From an uncultured bacterium (GTDB taxonomy: Bacteria; Krumholzibacteriota; Krumholzibacteriia; LZORAL124-64-63), in assembly GCA_963732385.1 (NCBI GenBank), contig CAVSZB010000005.1:320001-384000 (forward strand): a DNA stretch of 64,000 nt, given 5' to 3'. The notes below the pieces were generated by a model. It made no database searches and had not been told where the DNA came from. It saw only the letters and a program-made list of their open reading frames with translations. Position numbers and translations under genes: made by a program. Below, piece by piece: positions 59,933-64,000 of this stretch (position 1 is its first letter; every line of letters starts with the position of its first letter).

Positions 59933-61399
59933 CTATCTGCTCCCGGGCACCTCGCTCATCTTGATGCCCAGGGCTTTGGCCACACCCTCGCCGTAGGCTC
60001 GATCGGCCTTCAGGCAATTGCCGATGTGGCGAACCTTAATCTCTTTCGGCGCGTCGCCCATCGCGCGGGCAGTGTTCTCGAACAGCACTTTCTGCTGGTC
60101 AGGGCCCATGATCCGGAAAAGGTCTCCGGGCTGGGAGTAGTAGTCATCGTCGTCCTCGCGATGGCTCCAGTGGCCGGCGGTGCCGCCGAGCGCAAGCGCA
60201 GGCTCGCGGAAGTCGGGCTGCTCCTGCCACTCACCATAACCGTTGGGCTCGTAGCCGAGAGTGCCACCGTAGTTGTCGTCCACGCGCATGGCGCCATCGC
60301 GATGGAAACCGTGAACCGGGCAGCGAGCGCGGTTGACCGGAATGAGATGGTGGTTGACGCCGAGGCGGTATCGCTGGGCGTCGCCATAGGAGAAAAGCCG
60401 ACCCTGCAGCATCTTGTCAGGGGAGAAACCGATGCCAGGCACGATGTTGGCAGGGTTGAAAGCCGCCTGCTCGACCTCGGCAAAGTAGTTCTCGGGGTTC
60501 TTGTTGAGTTCCATGACGCCCACGTCGATGAGCGGATACTGCTTGTGCGGCCAGACTTTCGTCAGATCGAAGGGATTGAAGGGGAACTTGTCGGCGTGCT
60601 TCTCCGGCACCACCTGGATCTTCACATCCCACTTGGGGAAATCGCCCTTCTCCAGCGCGTCGAACAGGTCGCGCTGGTGACTCTCCCTGCACTTGCCGAT
60701 AACCGCCTCGGCCTCCTGGTCGGTGAGGGTCCTGATCCCCTGCCGGGTCTTCAGATGGAACTTGACCCAGAACCGCTCGTTTTGGGCGTTGATCAGGCTG
60801 TAGGTGTGGCTGCCATAGCCGTTCATGTGGCGATAGGAGTACGGGATCCCCCGGTCGCTCATGGTGATCGTAACCTGGTGCAGCGCCTCCGGAAGGTTGG
60901 TCCAGAAGTCCCAGTTGTTGCGGGCGCTGCGCAGATTGGTCCTGGGGTCGCGTTTCACCGCGTGGTTGAGATCCGGGAACTTGAGCGGGTCGCGCAGAAA
61001 GAAGACGGGCGTGTTGTTGCCCACGAGGTCCCAGTTCCCCTCTTCGGTGTAGAACTTCATGGCGAAACCGCGGATGTCGCGCTCAGCGTCAGCCGCACCG
61101 CGTTCGCCCGCCACGGTTGAGAAGCGCACGAAGAGGTCGGTTTTCTTGCCGACAACCGAGAAGAGCCTGGCCTTGGTGTACTCGGTGATGTTGTGCTTGA
61201 CGGTGAAGGTGCCAAAGGCGCCCGAGCCCTTGGCGTGCATGCGGCGCTCGGGAATCACCTCACGATCGAAGTGGGCGAGTTTCTCCAGGAACCAGACGTC
61301 CTGCAGCAGCGCCGGCCCGCGCGGACCAGCGGTCATGATGTTCTGGTTGTCTACAACGGGGGCTCCGGCATTGGTGGTCAGCTTCTTCTTCGCTGTCAT
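59933..61399 (-). CDS. katA: Monofunctional heme catalase (small subunit)
   Basis: [33 protein letters not shown]. Confidence 0.95.
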   Translation of the reverse strand: MTAKKKLTTNAGAPVVDNQNIMTAGPRGPALLQDVWFLEKLAHFDREVIPERRMHAKGSGAFGTFTVKHNITEYTKARLFSVVGKKTDLFVRFSTVAGERGAADAERDIRGFAMKFYTEEGNWDLVGNNTPVFFLRDPLKFPDLNHAVKRDPRTNLRSARNNWDFWTNLPEALHQVTITMSDRGIPYSYRHMNGYGSHTYSLINAQNERFWVKFHLKTRQGIRTLTDQEAEAVIGKCRESHQRDLFDALEKGDFPKWDVKIQVVPEKHADKFPFNPFDLTKVWPHKQYPLIDVGVMELNKNPENYFAEVEQAAFNPANIVPGIGFSPDKMLQGRLFSYGDAQRYRLGVNHHLIPVNRARCPVHGFHRDGAMRVDDNYGGTLGYEPNGYGEWQEQPDFREPALALGGTAGHWSHREDDDDYYSQPGDLFRIMGPDQQKVLFENTARAMGDAPKEIKVRHIGNCLKADRAYGEGVAKALGIKMSEVPGSR

Positions 61400-61712
61400 G
61401 CCTTTCTCCTGTTCTTGCCTTGCGGAATGTTGGGGTGATTGGTGAGATGTGCCTCCCGGATTTTCCGTCCGACTTTGGAGCATCGCGGACATCGCGGGGC
61501 TCCTGGATTCAAACTGACCCACTACCGCGAATTCGCCCTGCCTAACGGCGCCCTCCGCCACCAGCTCGAGGTCTGTCCCGCGACAACTAATTGTGCCGGT
61601 CACAGCTCTGGCAGGGAGGCCGGTCCACTTTCCGGAAACGGCTGGAAGTTTCTGGCAGGAACAGGCAGTGAAGCTAATCTGAGGCCTCCCTCTGCAAGCC
61701 CACGCGCCCCGT

Positions 61713-63497
61713 TCATCTCACGAGACTTAACCGCACCCCCTCCACCTTCCCCCCCGCTACCAGCCGGGCCAGGTAGCTGCCCGAGGGCGCGGAGCGGCCC
61801 GTGGCGTCTGTTCCATCCCAAACCGCCTCGTAGCTTCCCGCGGCCCGTTCCCCTTCTGCGAGGACCTTCACCAGCCGCCCGGCGACGTCGTAGACCGCCA
61901 GCCGCACGCCCCCCGCTGCCGCCAGGTCGAAGCGGATCGTGGTGCGGGGATTGAAGGGGTTGGGAGCGTTCTGGTGCAGGCGCGCCCCAGCGAACGTGGC
62001 GCCCCGCCCGGGCACCGGCGTGGCTTCGAGGCGGATCGAGAAGTCAGCCACGCGCGGGGCGTGGTCGCTCGCAACGGGGATATCGGTGGCGACCAATCCG
62101 TTGGCCGTCACCGTGGCCGGAAGCATGGTGCGCGTCTCCAGCACATAGTGGTTGTGCAGGATCAGGGCGCTGTCGGTGTAGAAGATCCAGTCGAGCAGGC
62201 CCGGATAGAACGTGCTGGTGTCGCTGCGCCAGGTGTAGCTGCCACGGCCGTCCGGGTGCCGTGACGGGGGCACGGCGAACGGGCCGCCATCCCAGTCCGG
62301 CGCCGCGTCGGCGCCCCAGGCGACCTGGTCGATGATGTTGCCGGTCAGGATCGTATCGAGCTGCTGGCGCCAGCCCACCAGGTTCATGTCGCCGGCGACG
62401 ACGAACGGCGTGCCTGGCGGCAGCGTGATGGCCCCGCCGGGCGTCTTCGCGTCGCGCAGGAAACTGATGATCGCATCGGCCTCGATCTGGCGGGCGGCAT
62501 CAGCGGTGCAACAGCGCAGGTGACAGCCGATGAACAACAGGTCGGTACTGGACGAAGGGCCCGGATCCAGCAGTACGGCAGTCTCGCGGTAGCCGGGGTT
62601 GAACTCCCAGGTCTGCAGGATCGGAAACCGGCTGCAGATCACATTGCCGCCGTCCACGCCCACGGCATACCACTGCTCGCCCGGACCGCTGGGCAGATGC
62701 TGCTCGAGCTTCGCCGCGACCTGGGCCGCCGAGTGGCTCCACACCTCGCACACCAGGAGGACGTCCGGGTCGATCGCGTCGAGGATGCGGTTCTGCGCGA
62801 GTTCGGCCGTTCCGCCGCTGAAAAGGCCGTCGTCGATGACGTTCCAGCTCGCCACCCGGATGTGGGCGGGATTGCTGCGCCCGAGCGGCAGGGTGGGCGC
62901 CACGTCGCTGCCGGCGGTGAACGTGTAGCCGATGCTCCCGGAATCGGGCGCCTTGTCGCCTGAGGTGGCGTCGCGCAGGATGAAACGCACCGCACCACCC
63001 GCCATCAGAGTGGCCCCGCCCGCGGGCACCGCGCTACGGCGCAACGCGATCTCGAACTCGTGGTTACTGACGGTCGGGCCCATCTGCAGCCCGATGTTGT
63101 CGTGGTACACCGTATAATTCGTGCCGGACGGACGGAACACGCCGTTGCGCAGGCCGAACTTCCAGTACAGCTCGGCGCCGATCCCGCCGTACGCGGCGCC
63201 GGTCGCCGCGTCAAGGTCCGTGTCCAGGTACAGCTCCATCGACTGCTGCTCGTCCGGCTGCACGTCGCCGGTCACCTCGAAGCGGATGTACAGGTAGTCC
63301 TGGTCGTTGGCCACGGAGACCGCGCCGAAGTCAACGGTTCCGCCATCGCCGAGCGCGTCCGTGTAAGACGGAACCACTTCGGCCCAGTCGCCGAAATAGC
63401 CGTCCAGCTGGATTGGCGCCAGGCCGGCGGACGCCGGCAGGACACCGACCAGCGCAAGGGCGGCCACAACCAGGAAGGTGCGTGAAGGACGCGGCAT
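61713..63497 (-). CDS. Secreted endonuclease/exonuclease/phosphatase-family protein with C-terminal FlgD-Ig domain
   Basis: Signal peptide, SWNV, CE, AGDMN, LDWI, SDH, then PNPFNP...WDG.D..G...SG.Y. Confidence 0.85.
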   Translation of the reverse strand: MPRPSRTFLVVAALALVGVLPASAGLAPIQLDGYFGDWAEVVPSYTDALGDGGTVDFGAVSVANDQDYLYIRFEVTGDVQPDEQQSMELYLDTDLDAATGAAYGGIGAELYWKFGLRNGVFRPSGTNYTVYHDNIGLQMGPTVSNHEFEIALRRSAVPAGGATLMAGGAVRFILRDATSGDKAPDSGSIGYTFTAGSDVAPTLPLGRSNPAHIRVASWNVIDDGLFSGGTAELAQNRILDAIDPDVLLVCEVWSHSAAQVAAKLEQHLPSGPGEQWYAVGVDGGNVICSRFPILQTWEFNPGYRETAVLLDPGPSSSTDLLFIGCHLRCCTADAARQIEADAIISFLRDAKTPGGAITLPPGTPFVVAGDMNLVGWRQQLDTILTGNIIDQVAWGADAAPDWDGGPFAVPPSRHPDGRGSYTWRSDTSTFYPGLLDWIFYTDSALILHNHYVLETRTMLPATVTANGLVATDIPVASDHAPRVADFSIRLEATPVPGRGATFAGARLHQNAPNPFNPRTTIRFDLAAAGGVRLAVYDVAGRLVKVLAEGERAAGSYEAVWDGTDATGRSAPSGSYLARLVAGGKVEGVRLSLVR

Positions 63498-63713
63498 GCA
63501 GGACACGGCTTCCCCTTCTCGGCCAGCTTCGGGATCATGAATCCGCAATTCTATCACAGCCTCCCCCATGAACGGGGAGATTCACGAACCGGGACGCTCC
63601 TGCGTTAGCGCCTCGCGTCACCTTCTGTATCTTGGCAGACATGGTTCCGGCGTGTCGGTACCGACCGTGCGCCCACAATCCCTCGGGCTATCCGTCCGAC
63701 GAAAGGTCCAATC

Positions 63714-64000
63714 ATGAAGAAGGTAGCGGACATCGTGAAGGTCGCCATCGAGAACGAGGTCAAGGCGAAGGCGTTCTATGCCCGGGCGGCGCAGATCGCA
63801 AGCCAGGGCGAGTCGCAGATGGTCTTCCTGGAATTCACCGAGATGGAAGATGGGCACGCCAGGCTGCTTGTGGACCGTTTCGGCCCCCTGCTGCTCGCGG
63901 ACGGCACTGAGCCTCGGCCGTTCCTTCAGCGGCTCGAGGACACGGTCGTCAACCTGCCTGCCGGCGAGGAATTCGCCCTCATCGAGCGCGGCGAGATGCG
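63714..64000 (+). CDS. Ferritin-like/rubrerythrin family protein, partial (not in the ORF track)
   Basis: Translated by hand: MKKVADIVKVAIENEVKAKAFY...EMEDGH; the ExxxxxxY and ExxH diiron motifs are present. Confidence 0.75.
   Translation, partial: MKKVADIVKVAIENEVKAKAFYARAAQIASQGESQMVFLEFTEMEDGHARLLVDRFGPLLLADGTEPRPFLQRLEDTVVNLPAGEEFALIERGEM

Noticed and set aside
61400..61712. Riboswitch or ncRNA upstream of catalase (also the 57630-57900 spacer)
   Set aside because: No recognisable conserved RNA motif by eye; an Rfam search would be needed.

Overview
This is a 64-kb high-GC chromosomal segment from a diderm bacterium. C-terminal FlgD-Ig 'PNPFNP' domains and an 'SWxxVKxLFR' tail suggest, by inference, the Krumholzibacteriota/Latescibacterota/Eisenbacteria group. 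I found no rRNA, tRNA, CRISPR array or intact transposase. Left part: a GT4 / TIM-barrel epimerase / radical SAM operon (cut by the edge), a PadR operon, GIY-YIG, a LarA-family protein, a putative synthase-dependent exopolysaccharide locus, a FixLJ-like two-component set, a BNR-repeat hydrolase, a DUF533 / AIM24 / S26-peptidase-PqqD fusion operon, an M64 peptidase and an MFS transporter. Middle part: a lower-GC, error-rich segment (AbiE toxin-antitoxin, M1 aminopeptidase), hypABFCDE behind a TonB-dependent receptor, a di-heme peroxidase coupled to a Cyc2-like cytochrome-porin, malQ and TerC. Right part: an ~11-kb glycan-tailoring cluster, hflKC, catalase, a secreted EEP-family enzyme and a ferritin-like gene. 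The strongest candidate for an undescribed system is the 45.5-56.3 kb cluster. It encodes an O-methyltransferase, a GT2-GT4-TPR-radical SAM fusion and three cobalamin-dependent radical SAM enzymes, and four of these five proteins share a ~120-aa accessory module. All family calls come from motif recognition by eye, not database searches.
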